From positions 17,980 to 57,979 of the forward strand of contig NZ_QSFA01000011.1 in NCBI RefSeq assembly GCF_003467125.1: a stretch of DNA of 40,000 nt, read 5' to 3'. Shown in pieces: positions 1 through 7,832 of the stretch (its first letter is position 1; the number at the start of each line of letters is the position of its first letter). A model generated the notes under the pieces. That model did not search any database and had not been told where the DNA came from. It saw nothing but the letters and a program-made list of their open reading frames with translations. The stretch is from Megasphaera sp. AM44-1BH (GTDB lineage: Bacteria > Bacillota > Negativicutes > Veillonellales > Megasphaeraceae). A program made the position numbers and the translations under genes.

Positions 1-117
1 TGCCGTAATGAAGCACGCAAGGCCCTGCGGAGGCTGACCGGGGCCATGTTCGGGGAGGAATCCATCCCAATCCAGACGCACCTGGTATTTATCGACAATG
101 ATGATGGAAATTGTGGA
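1..117 (+). CDS. 3' end of an unidentified phage gene (partial). Possibly a late-gene regulator, judged only from its position upstream of terS
   Basis: Frame 1 is open from nt 1 to TAA at 115-117 (..CRNEARKALRRLTGAMFGEESIPIQTHLVFIDNDDGNCG*). No family recognised. Confidence 0.35.
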
Positions 118-140
118 TAACTTTTTTTTCGTGTCGTTTT

Positions 141-169
141 TTGACAGAATCGAGCAGAAAATAAAATAT
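141..169 (+). promoter_or_regulatory. Candidate sigma70-like promoter upstream of the tRNA-Trp unit
   Basis: TTGACA at 141-146. TAAAAT at 162-167 gives a short 15-nt spacer, and AAATAT at 164-169 gives a 17-nt spacer. A T-rich tract lies upstream. Confidence 0.3.
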
Positions 170-380
170 TTGAATACGGAAAAAGTTGGTCGGACGTGGT
201 ACGATAATAGCGTGGGAGTTGGGGATGACGCGAGGGAGGCTAATGCCCCGTACAAGTTCATCGGCTGACCTTGCGCATCCCACACACTGTCACGATATGC
301 CCCTTCTTGTTTTCGGACTGCGGCGCCATGATGAATAATCATTGTGCCGCTTCCCTCTCCTTTGAGGGCATATTTATCAT

Positions 381-456
381 AGGCGCGTAGCTCAATCGGT
401 AGAGTGGTGGTCTCCAAAACCATAGGTTGAAGGTTTGAATCCTTTCGCGCCTGCCA
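381..456 (+). tRNA. tRNA-Trp (anticodon CCA), phage-encoded, with encoded CCA end
   Basis: Cloverleaf by hand: acceptor AGGCGCG/CGCGCCT, D arm GCTC/GAGT, anticodon arm GTGGT-CTCCAAA-ACCAT, T arm GAAGG-TTTGAAT-CCTTT, discriminator G plus CCA. Confidence 0.9.
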
Positions 457-468
457 AATTGAATATAT

Positions 469-528
469 AGGGACTTAGCTGTGCTTGTCTGCGTGAATAG
501 ACCGGACATGGCAGCGGGTCCCTTTTTT
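469..528 (+). terminator. Hairpin plus T-tract after tRNA-Trp
   Basis: AGGGAC..GCTG (469-480) pairs with CAGC.GGTCCCT (512-523) and is followed by TTTTTT. The loop is large, so the structure is imperfect. Confidence 0.45.
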
Positions 529-570
529 CATGCCTGAAAGAATGAAAGAGGATGGTGGTGAGCATGTGAC

Positions 571-1101
571 ATGGCTAAACTGACGGAGAAACAGAAACGA
601 TTTGTTGATTATTATATCGAGACCGGGAATGCCAGCGAAGCGGCAAGAAGGGCCGGGTATAGTAAGGGAAGTATCGCAACTGCAAATAAGTGGTTAATCC
701 CCAGAAATCACCATTTTAAGCCCGATTTGGCCGCGGCTATAGATGAACGCCTGCAGGAGCTGAAAAACGAGCGTACAGCGTCTCTCAGCGAAGTTTTGGA
801 GTTCATGACGAGTACGATGCGCGGGGAAATAGAAGAAGATGTCGTGGTGACAGAAGGAACCGGCGACGGCTGCAGTGAAGCGCGGATTATTCAAAAACAG
901 GTATCAGCACGGGATAGGCTGGAAGCGGCGAAGGCCCTTGAAAAACGATTAGGCCGGTTCCTTGCTCTTGAGAAGGAAGAGCAGGAACTCCGTAATGAAA
1001 AGCTCAGGGCGGAGGTCGCTGAGCTGAGCGCTGAAAAAGCGGATGATGATACGGTGCAGATTATTGACGATTTGTGTAAAGCTGAAGACGAGAAATTATA
1101 A
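571..1101 (+). CDS. Terminase small subunit (Terminase_2-like)
   Basis: N-terminus KLTEKQKRFVDYYIETGNASEAARRAGYSKGS is the typical terS HTH. Coiled-coil acidic C-terminus. Lies upstream of terL. Confidence 0.85.
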   Translation: MAKLTEKQKRFVDYYIETGNASEAARRAGYSKGSIATANKWLIPRNHHFKPDLAAAIDERLQELKNERTASLSEVLEFMTSTMRGEIEEDVVVTEGTGDGCSEARIIQKQVSARDRLEAAKALEKRLGRFLALEKEEQELRNEKLRAEVAELSAEKADDDTVQIIDDLCKAEDEKL

Positions 1102-1105
1102 TTGC

Positions 1106-1141
1106 AAAAAAAAGACTGCGCATCGCACTGTGCAGTCTTTT
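1106..1141. terminator. Bidirectional intrinsic terminator between terS and the convergent DUF2188 gene
   Basis: AAAGACTGC(G) at 1111-1120 pairs with (T)GCAGTCTTT at 1131-1140. It is flanked by an A8 run on the left and T4 on the right. Confidence 0.65.
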
Positions 1142-1157
1142 AAGAGAAAAAAGATTC

Positions 1158-1376
1158 TTAACCCTTTGGTGGATATGGATCGTTGCCATGGGAATCTTTT
1201 TGGCTGATTTTGCCATCTCGATTGTGAATGACCAATTCCGTTCTTTGATTTTTGGAAATTTCACGGGCTTTATCAATGGCTTCTTGTTTTGTGTTGGTTA
1301 AGATGGTTGCGCGAGAATTTCCTTCCCCTTTGACGGCCCATTTGGTTCCGCGTGGGACAACATGTTGATTTGGCAT
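1158..1376 (-). CDS. DUF2188-family small protein (moron, opposite strand to the late operon)
   Basis: 72 aa. The pattern WAVKGEGNSRA...TKQEAIDKAREISKNQRTELVIHNRDGKI...SHGNDPYPPKG matches the DUF2188 pattern as I remember it. GGAGGTG RBS. Confidence 0.8.
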   Translation of the reverse strand: MPNQHVVPRGTKWAVKGEGNSRATILTNTKQEAIDKAREISKNQRTELVIHNRDGKISQKDSHGNDPYPPKG

Positions 1377-1399
1377 AAATAATCACCTCCTTTTACTAA

Positions 1400-1428
1400 A
1401 TTATATCATCAGGGAGGATATATGTCAC
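1400..1428 (-). promoter_or_regulatory. Sigma70-type promoter for the DUF2188 gene
   Basis: On the minus strand GTGACA (1428-1423), a 17-nt spacer and TATAAT (1405-1400), followed by GGAGGTG and the ATG at 1376. Confidence 0.5.
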
Positions 1429-1601
1429 AGAAGGTAATCAATCTGTATCGATGGGAAGTAGTTACTTTTCCATGGGGCACTGCTGTGAAAGAGCAGCGTA
1501 CAGGTAAATGGATAGCACTTTTTTTGAGCCCTACAGGACAGATGGTCAATGTAGAAAAAATATCAGTTAAGCTTCATGAAAATGGGATTGAATTCTTGTG
1601 A
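1422..1601 (+). CDS. Hypothetical 59-aa protein (below the ORF-track cutoff)
   Basis: ATG at 1422 lies 4 nt after AGGGAGGA (1411-1418). Hand translation MSQKVINLYRWEVVTFPWGTAVKEQRTGKWIALFLSPTGQMVNVEKISVKLHENGIEFL*. No family recognised. Confidence 0.45.
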   Translation: MSQKVINLYRWEVVTFPWGTAVKEQRTGKWIALFLSPTGQMVNVEKISVKLHENGIEFL

Positions 1602-1624
1602 TTACAAGATGAGAGGTTAGATAA

Positions 1625-2869
1625 ATGAAAATAGTGAAACTGAGTAATATCATAGCCCCTCATTTCTGGGAACTGCATCGGGATATCCGGAGTCATGGCC
1701 ATACGTATTACTGGCTGGAAGGCGGGCGCGGATCCACGAAGTCATCTGATATCAGTATTGAGATACCGCCGCTCATGATCAAGAATCCGGAGTGTCATGC
1801 TGTTGTGCTCCGGAAAGTCGGCAACACTATCAAAAACAGCGTTTATCCGCAGATGCAGTGGGGCATTGATGCCCTGGGGCTGACGGATAAGTTCCGCTTC
1901 AAAACGTCGCCTCATGAGATTACGTATAAGAAGACCGGCCAGAAGATTCTGTTCTTTGGTGTCGATGACCCACAGAAAATCAAGTCCATCAAACTGCCGT
2001 TCGGTTATGTCGGGATCTGCTGGATAGAAGAACTGGACCAGTTCAGTGGTATGGAAGAGATCCGCAACCTCAACCAGTCACTGCTTCGTGGTGGTCCAAT
2101 TTTCTGGGAGTTCTGTTCATTCAATCCGCCGAAGTCACAAAACAACTGGGTCAATGAAGAGAAACTCTTTGATGATCCGGACAGACTGGTCCATCATTCG
2201 ACGTATCTGGGCGTGCCCCGGAAATGGCTGGGAGAACGGTTCTTTGAAGACGCGGAAAAGCTCAAAATCAAGAATGAAATGGCTTACCGTCATGAGTACC
2301 TGGGTGAAGTCACAGGCACAGGCGGGGCTGTCTTCGAGAACGTCGAAGATATGGACATGAGTGACAAATTTGTCGGAAATTTTGACAGGTTGTACTACGG
2401 CCTGGACTTCGGTTTTGCCGTAGATCCATTAGCTTATGTCGCTATGTACTACGATGCGAAACGAGAAGATCTGTATATTTTCGATGAAATCTATCAGCAG
2501 AAACTGACGAACAGCCAGGCGGCTGGATGGATAGCACAGCGAACCGGCGACAGGCTGATTATTGCTGATAGTGCAGAACCGAAATCTATCAAAGAAATGA
2601 AAGATTACGGACTACACATTACAGGTGCACGTAAAGGGCCGGACAGCGTAGAGCATGGAATCAAGTGGCTGCAGGACCGAGCGCATATTTATATCGATAA
2701 ACGGCGATGCCCGAATACATTCCGTGAATTTATCAGTTATGAATACGAGCGGAATCGGGAAGGGCAGTTCATCAGTGCCTACCCGGACAAAAACAACCAT
2801 GCTATTGATGCAGTACGATACGGCATGGGACCGGCAATGCCGCGGGCAGGTATCCATATTTTGAGGTGA
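1625..2869 (+). CDS. Terminase large subunit (PBSX/Terminase_3-like)
   Basis: Walker-A-like LEGGRGSTKSS, an acidic ATPase motif (WIEELDQF) and a C-terminal nuclease region. The length and position are typical. Confidence 0.9.
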   Translation: MKIVKLSNIIAPHFWELHRDIRSHGHTYYWLEGGRGSTKSSDISIEIPPLMIKNPECHAVVLRKVGNTIKNSVYPQMQWGIDALGLTDKFRFKTSPHEITYKKTGQKILFFGVDDPQKIKSIKLPFGYVGICWIEELDQFSGMEEIRNLNQSLLRGGPIFWEFCSFNPPKSQNNWVNEEKLFDDPDRLVHHSTYLGVPRKWLGERFFEDAEKLKIKNEMAYRHEYLGEVTGTGGAVFENVEDMDMSDKFVGNFDRLYYGLDFGFAVDPLAYVAMYYDAKREDLYIFDEIYQQKLTNSQAAGWIAQRTGDRLIIADSAEPKSIKEMKDYGLHITGARKGPDSVEHGIKWLQDRAHIYIDKRRCPNTFREFISYEYERNREGQFISAYPDKNNHAIDAVRYGMGPAMPRAGIHILR

Positions 2870-2873
2870 TTAC

Positions 2874-4265
2874 ATGGATTTAGAGACAGCAAAAAAGGTA
2901 ATCAAACGATACATGGCAGGGCATGGAGAGTTCCAGGCACATGCGTGGACCGCAGAACGGTATTATCGTGTGCAGAATGATATCTTATTCCCTCCGTCAA
3001 AAAAAGAAAAGGAAGAAAAAGAAAATCCGCTCCGCCATGCAGATAACCGTCTGCCACACAGCTTCTATAAGCTACTGGTCAATCAGAAAGTAGCGTATAT
3101 GTTTACGATACCGCCTACATTCGATGTAAAGAACGATGACCAGAACCAGCTGATTACGCAGTCATTGGGGGATTATTATGGAAAACGTTGTAAGGATTTG
3201 GCCGTCAATGCATCCAACGCAGGGATAGCATGGGTACATTACTGGATGGACAGCGAAAACGGTTTCACCTGGGGCGTCGTCCCCTCGGGAGAAGTGATTC
3301 CGGTCTGGTCTCCTAAACTGGATCATCAGCTTTTGGCTGTGCTCAGAGTATATCGCGATTTTGATGACAACGGGGATGTATACGACGTTTATGAATACTG
3401 GAATGATACAGAGTGCCAGGCATTCCGTAAGCGGGCCAGTGACGATATTGCTACAGGTTTGATGCCATGGCCATGTTTTACGGAATTTTATGATGCCGGT
3501 ATATCGTCTGCAGCCAACCAGTTTATTCATCAGTTAGGAGACGTCCCTTTTATCCCGTTCTGCAATAATAATCTGACAAGCAGTGATCTGGACGACGTGA
3601 AGCCACTGATTGATGCATATGACAAAACCTATAGCGGATTCATGAATGACCTGGAAGATGTGCAGGAGGTTATTTTCGTCCTTACCAACTATGGCAGCGA
3701 AGACCTGGCGCCTTTCCTGAAGAACCTGAAATATTACAAGGCAATCAATATTGAGAACAATGGCAATGGTGATGCTTCCGGTGTTTCCACGCTGACTATC
3801 GAAATACCTGTCGAGGCGCGGGATAAAATGCTGGAACTGACCCGGAAATCTATTTTCGATATGGGACAGGGAATAGATCCACAGCAGCAGGGACTGGATA
3901 AGACGTCCGGAGAAGCGATGAAATTCCTGTATGCTCTGTTGGAACTCAAAGCGGGGATGATGGAAACGGAATTCCGGTTGGGATTCAACAAGCTGATACG
4001 GGCTATTTTACGTGTCCATGGACAGCAGTGCCAGAACATCATACAGACCTGGACCCGTACCAGTATCCGAAATGACGCAGAACTGGTTGATATGTGTAGT
4101 AAATCCAATGGTATTATCAGCCGTAAAACCATTCTCAAGAATCATCCTTTTGTCGAAAACGTAGATGATGAAGAAAAAGAGCTGGATGAGGAAGAAAAGA
4201 ATCAAGCTGATAAAGACGATATCTATGGCGATTTGGACGGCAAGGGAGGTGATGGCGATGTATAA
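2874..4265 (+). CDS. Portal protein (SPP1 gp6-like)
   Basis: 463 aa, immediately after terL, with an acidic C-terminal tail. The overall pattern matches SPP1-type portals. Confidence 0.85.
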   Translation: MDLETAKKVIKRYMAGHGEFQAHAWTAERYYRVQNDILFPPSKKEKEEKENPLRHADNRLPHSFYKLLVNQKVAYMFTIPPTFDVKNDDQNQLITQSLGDYYGKRCKDLAVNASNAGIAWVHYWMDSENGFTWGVVPSGEVIPVWSPKLDHQLLAVLRVYRDFDDNGDVYDVYEYWNDTECQAFRKRASDDIATGLMPWPCFTEFYDAGISSAANQFIHQLGDVPFIPFCNNNLTSSDLDDVKPLIDAYDKTYSGFMNDLEDVQEVIFVLTNYGSEDLAPFLKNLKYYKAINIENNGNGDASGVSTLTIEIPVEARDKMLELTRKSIFDMGQGIDPQQQGLDKTSGEAMKFLYALLELKAGMMETEFRLGFNKLIRAILRVHGQQCQNIIQTWTRTSIRNDAELVDMCSKSNGIISRKTILKNHPFVENVDDEEKELDEEEKNQADKDDIYGDLDGKGGDGDV

Positions 4266-4425
4266 ATGGCTCAAACGATATGCAGAGCAGTTCAGCGAAG
4301 ATTTCCCGTTTAAATCTGTGATGGATAAGACGGAATATGAAATCTGCCGGATCATTCAGGAATGCTGTGAAAGAAATACAAAGTATGGGGCATCCGGGAC
4401 TGGCTCCACAGGAACGACTACGTAA
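4258..4425 (+). CDS. Hypothetical small protein (55 aa)
   Basis: The ATG overlaps the portal stop (ATGTATAA) and AAGGGAGGTGA lies upstream. I chose the internal start of track ORF 4165-4425. Confidence 0.4.
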   Translation: MYKWLKRYAEQFSEDFPFKSVMDKTEYEICRIIQECCERNTKYGASGTGSTGTTT

Positions 4426-4488
4426 ATAGGCTGGTATTACTTTGGCGCGGGTCGGTAACCGCGGTAAAAACCGGAAAGGAGATATAAA

Positions 4489-5121
4489 ATGACGATTGAA
4501 GAATTAATCCAGAAATTGGGGATTGCTGATGATAAAAGAGAAGAAGCTTCCAAAACTCTTCATGATTATCTGGATGGCAATTATGTAACAAAATCTCGTT
4601 TCAATGAGGTCAACGAGGAAAAGAAGACCCTGAAGACAACAGTTGCAGAACGAGACAAGCAACTGGAAACCCTGAAGAATAGCAAAGGCGATACAGAAGC
4701 CTTGAAAGCGCAAATCAAACAGCTTCAGACGGAAAATAATCAGGCAAAAGAAAAATATGAAGACCAGATGAAGAATCTGAAACTGACTACGGCCATTCAA
4801 CTGGCTATAGGTGATAGTGCGCAGGATGTCGGGATTGTTTCCGGATTATTTGACAGGGATAAGCTCATCCTTGGTGAAGATGGAAAAGTCACTGGCCTTG
4901 ATGAACAGCTTAAGGCACTCAAGGAAAGTAAACCATTTTTGTTTAAAGCAGCACCTGGTAATCCGCCGAAATACAGCCCTAATGGTGGCGGCGGAAATAA
5001 TTTGAAGAATCCCTTTGCTAAAGAGACATTCAATATGACAGAACAGGGCAAGCTGTTGCGTGAAAATCCAGAACAGGCCAAAGCCTTTGCAGCGGCCGTT
5101 GGAGTCACACTCAATGTATAG
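4489..5121 (+). CDS. Scaffolding protein (Phage_GP20-like)
   Basis: The N-terminus MTIEELIQKLGI..., the ..NYVTKSRFNEVNEEKKTLK.. motif and the long coiled coil are typical GP20 scaffold features. It precedes the capsid gene. Confidence 0.8.
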   Translation: MTIEELIQKLGIADDKREEASKTLHDYLDGNYVTKSRFNEVNEEKKTLKTTVAERDKQLETLKNSKGDTEALKAQIKQLQTENNQAKEKYEDQMKNLKLTTAIQLAIGDSAQDVGIVSGLFDRDKLILGEDGKVTGLDEQLKALKESKPFLFKAAPGNPPKYSPNGGGGNNLKNPFAKETFNMTEQGKLLRENPEQAKAFAAAVGVTLNV

Positions 5122-5134
5122 GAGGTAATGAATC

Positions 5135-6103
5135 ATGGCAGGAACAACTTTGACAGACGTCATTGTACCGGAACTCTTTAATCCGTATGTCATCCAGCGG
5201 ACAATGGAAAAATCGGCATTTTTCAGTAGCGGTATCATTACACGGAATGCAGCTTTCGATGCATTAGCCAGTGAAGCGGCCCGTACACATAATATGCCTT
5301 TCTTTGAAGATCTTTCTGGTGATGCCCAGAATATCGTAGAAGGAAAGTCAATCGAATTCCAGAAAATCACGTCTAATAAAGACGTATCGACAACTATCAT
5401 GCGTCAGCAGAAATGGAGTGCTACCTCTCTTTCGGCGGCACTGGCAGGTAGTGACCCGATGCGTGCCATCGGAGACCTGGTTGCTGATTACTGGGCCCGT
5501 CAGTATCAGAAAGAACTGATTAATATTTTGACTGGCGTCTTTGGAGCCGATACGATGGCGGACCATGTGCTGGATATTTCTAAAAAGACAGGCAATGCCG
5601 CTAATATCAGTGCGTCTGCCGTCATTGATACTCTGCAGCTTCTGGGTGACGCTCAGGATCAGCTGACAGCGGTTGTTATGCATTCCGCAACCAAAGCATA
5701 CCTTAAAAAACAGAATCTCATTACGACGGAACGGGATAGCACTTCCGTGGAATTCGATACGTATCAGGGACGCCGCGTCATTGTAGACGATGGATGCCCG
5801 GCCGCTGATGGTGTTTATACGACGTACTTCTTCGGATCGGGAGCAGTAGCTTATGGTGAAGGGAACCCGGTAGGTTTCGTGCAGACAGAAACGAAACGCG
5901 ACCCGGACCTTGGCGCCGGTATCAACATGCTTTACAACCGTCGCTGCTTCATCATGCACCCCCGTGGAATCGCATGGCAGAATGCTGTACGTGCCAACGT
6001 AGAATCTCCATCCAGAGAAGAACTGGCAACGGCAACGAACTGGAAACGCGTGTATGAACCGAAAGCCATCCGTATCGTAGCATTGAAACATAAAGTAGGC
6101 TGA
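5135..6103 (+). CDS. Major capsid protein
   Basis: 322 aa directly after the scaffold gene with a strong RBS (TAGGAGGT). The composition is typical of HK97-fold coat proteins. The family was not pinned down. Confidence 0.75.
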   Translation: MAGTTLTDVIVPELFNPYVIQRTMEKSAFFSSGIITRNAAFDALASEAARTHNMPFFEDLSGDAQNIVEGKSIEFQKITSNKDVSTTIMRQQKWSATSLSAALAGSDPMRAIGDLVADYWARQYQKELINILTGVFGADTMADHVLDISKKTGNAANISASAVIDTLQLLGDAQDQLTAVVMHSATKAYLKKQNLITTERDSTSVEFDTYQGRRVIVDDGCPAADGVYTTYFFGSGAVAYGEGNPVGFVQTETKRDPDLGAGINMLYNRRCFIMHPRGIAWQNAVRANVESPSREELATATNWKRVYEPKAIRIVALKHKVG

Positions 6104-6112
6104 TAAGGTCAG

Positions 6113-7549
6113 GTGATGGATGTGGACAGCGAAGAGTATTGGGCACAGAGAGCCATAGAGCGGGAAAAAGAATGGCACAAGAAATGCCAGGAAACCATTG
6201 AAAAGGAACTGGCCCGGTACTATCTTGCATCGCTGGGCCATATCCAGACCGATATAGCGGCACTGTATGGCCGGTTTGCCAAAGATAATGCACTGTCAGT
6301 CGAAGAAGCGCGCAGGCTGATTACGGGAAGTGAATACCGGCAGTGGCGTATGACGATTGAGGAATATATCAGGCAGATAAAGGAAAACGGGGACAAAGGT
6401 CTTGAACGGGAACTGAATGTCCTGGCCATGCGCAGCCGTATCAGCCGGCTGGATAAGCTGTACAGTGAAACCTTGATGGAACTGGATGCGTTAGGACATA
6501 AGGTTTCTGAGACTATGACGGATTTCCTCACAGATGCATACAAAGACAATTATTATCATGGGCTGTTTGATATTGGGAAGGAAATCGGATTGCCGGCCTC
6601 CTTTGCTAAAGTCAACCGTGATGATCTGACGCAGGTGCTCCGGAATCGATGGAGCGGGATGAATTACAGCCAGCGAATCTGGAAAAATCAGCGGCTGCTG
6701 GTACGAACACTAAAGTCTGAGATGATGACAGCCGTTCATCGAGGGGAAAGCATAGATGCTATCTCTAAGAGGGTATCCCAGCGGGTGGATGTCGGAATCA
6801 GTAATGCACGACGTCTGGTCCGGACAGAGCTGAATTACGTTGAAAATCAGAGTGCCATGGACGGTATCAAAGAAGCAGGGATGAAGTATTACCGCTTTTC
6901 TGCGACACTGGACCGCCGGACGTCAGCGACCTGCCGGGGACACGATGGCCATGTTTATCCCATTGGCGAATATCAGCCAGGCAGTACGGCCCCACCACTT
7001 CACCCGAACTGCCGTTCCACAATCGCCGGCAGCCTGTACGGGCCGGATAAAAAGAAGACCGGGACACGCATTGCCAGGAATGACAAGGGCAAGACGTATT
7101 ATGTGCCAGCTGACATGACGTATGAAGAATGGTATAATAAACATATCGAATCAACTATTATACCAACTGGCAATGCAAACTGGAAAACTAATGAACAAGG
7201 ATATGTTATTGTCACGAAGCAAATTCCCAAGATTATTAAACATTACCGGACTGCCACACATGCAGAACCTAATTCTGTAGTTATGCATTATGGAAAACCC
7301 GGACCACATGAGCAAATGGACTATGATTTTTATGATGAGAATGGGTATTTGGCAATGCAGATTCATTGTGGAAATCATCTTATGCCAAGAAAACATAAAT
7401 TCGGTGAGTTTGGTGAACATGCAGCACATTGGGAATGGACGCAAAAAGAGGGGAAGTGGAAAGGGCACCCATTACCAAATACTGAATTAACAGAGAAGGA
7501 AAGGAGGCTGGTACATGATGGTATTGAGTTTAAACGAACTCAGAGATGA
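6113..7549 (+). CDS. Head morphogenesis / minor capsid protein (MuF, SPP1 gp7 family) with an extra unassigned 133-aa C-terminal domain
   Basis: MuF hallmarks are RRLVRTELNYVENQS and PPLHPNCRST. aa 346-478 (nt 7148-7546) are His/Trp-rich, low-GC and unrecognised. Confidence 0.85.
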   Translation: MMDVDSEEYWAQRAIEREKEWHKKCQETIEKELARYYLASLGHIQTDIAALYGRFAKDNALSVEEARRLITGSEYRQWRMTIEEYIRQIKENGDKGLERELNVLAMRSRISRLDKLYSETLMELDALGHKVSETMTDFLTDAYKDNYYHGLFDIGKEIGLPASFAKVNRDDLTQVLRNRWSGMNYSQRIWKNQRLLVRTLKSEMMTAVHRGESIDAISKRVSQRVDVGISNARRLVRTELNYVENQSAMDGIKEAGMKYYRFSATLDRRTSATCRGHDGHVYPIGEYQPGSTAPPLHPNCRSTIAGSLYGPDKKKTGTRIARNDKGKTYYVPADMTYEEWYNKHIESTIIPTGNANWKTNEQGYVIVTKQIPKIIKHYRTATHAEPNSVVMHYGKPGPHEQMDYDFYDENGYLAMQIHCGNHLMPRKHKFGEFGEHAAHWEWTQKEGKWKGHPLPNTELTEKERRLVHDGIEFKRTQR

Positions 7550-7766
7550 AATGGAAAATTGGACCGCTTATGAAAATTCTTTTGTTTATAAGGGCGTTGA
7601 ATATGGACTACTCCATAATGCAAAAGATGGCAGTTATTATTTTGGACTGTGCAATACTCTGGATGATCATGGCCAGACTTTTCCCGATTTTGACTCTGCA
7701 GTAAATGCTTTGCTTGTAGATGGCCATTCTATTGCGGAGTTAATGCCGCAACTCAATTGGACTTAA
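7515..7766 (+). CDS. Hypothetical 83-aa protein, candidate immunity/partner of the MuF C-terminal domain
   Basis: AAGGAGG at 7501-7507 lies 7 nt before the ATG. The ORF overlaps the MuF ORF by 35 nt, has the same low GC, and is followed by a terminator. Confidence 0.6.
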   Translation: MMVLSLNELRDEMENWTAYENSFVYKGVEYGLLHNAKDGSYYFGLCNTLDDHGQTFPDFDSAVNALLVDGHSIAELMPQLNWT

Positions 7767-7782
7767 GCCCAGTTGAATACTT

Positions 7783-7808
7783 AGCACTCACGATGTGGGT
7801 GCTTTTTT
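7783..7808 (+). terminator. Intrinsic terminator after the MuF cassette
   Basis: AGCACTCAC-GAT-GTGGGTGCT forms a 9-bp stem with one G-U pair and is followed by TTTTTT. Confidence 0.7.
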
Positions 7809-7832
7809 CATGCCCAAATGGAGGTGGCAGGT

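Noticed and set aside
89-283. 64-aa minus-strand ORF
   Set aside because: It has no RBS, runs antisense across the stop of the upstream + strand gene and through a T-rich spacer, and its composition is odd. It is likely spurious.
295-373. Nested inverted repeats upstream of tRNA-Trp, considered as a second (possibly intron-containing) tRNA
   Set aside because: An 8-bp outer stem exists, but no D arm or T arm can be drawn and the central arm has a 21-nt loop. It is not a tRNA and is kept only as a possible leader structure.
5348-6241. 297-aa minus-strand ORF antisense to the capsid gene
   Set aside because: It lies entirely inside well-supported + strand genes (capsid and MuF), has no RBS, and its sequence is low-complexity and Cys/Arg-rich. 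It is an antisense artefact. The same reasoning applies to 10329-10979, 13306-14091, 15972-16637 and 36003-36746.
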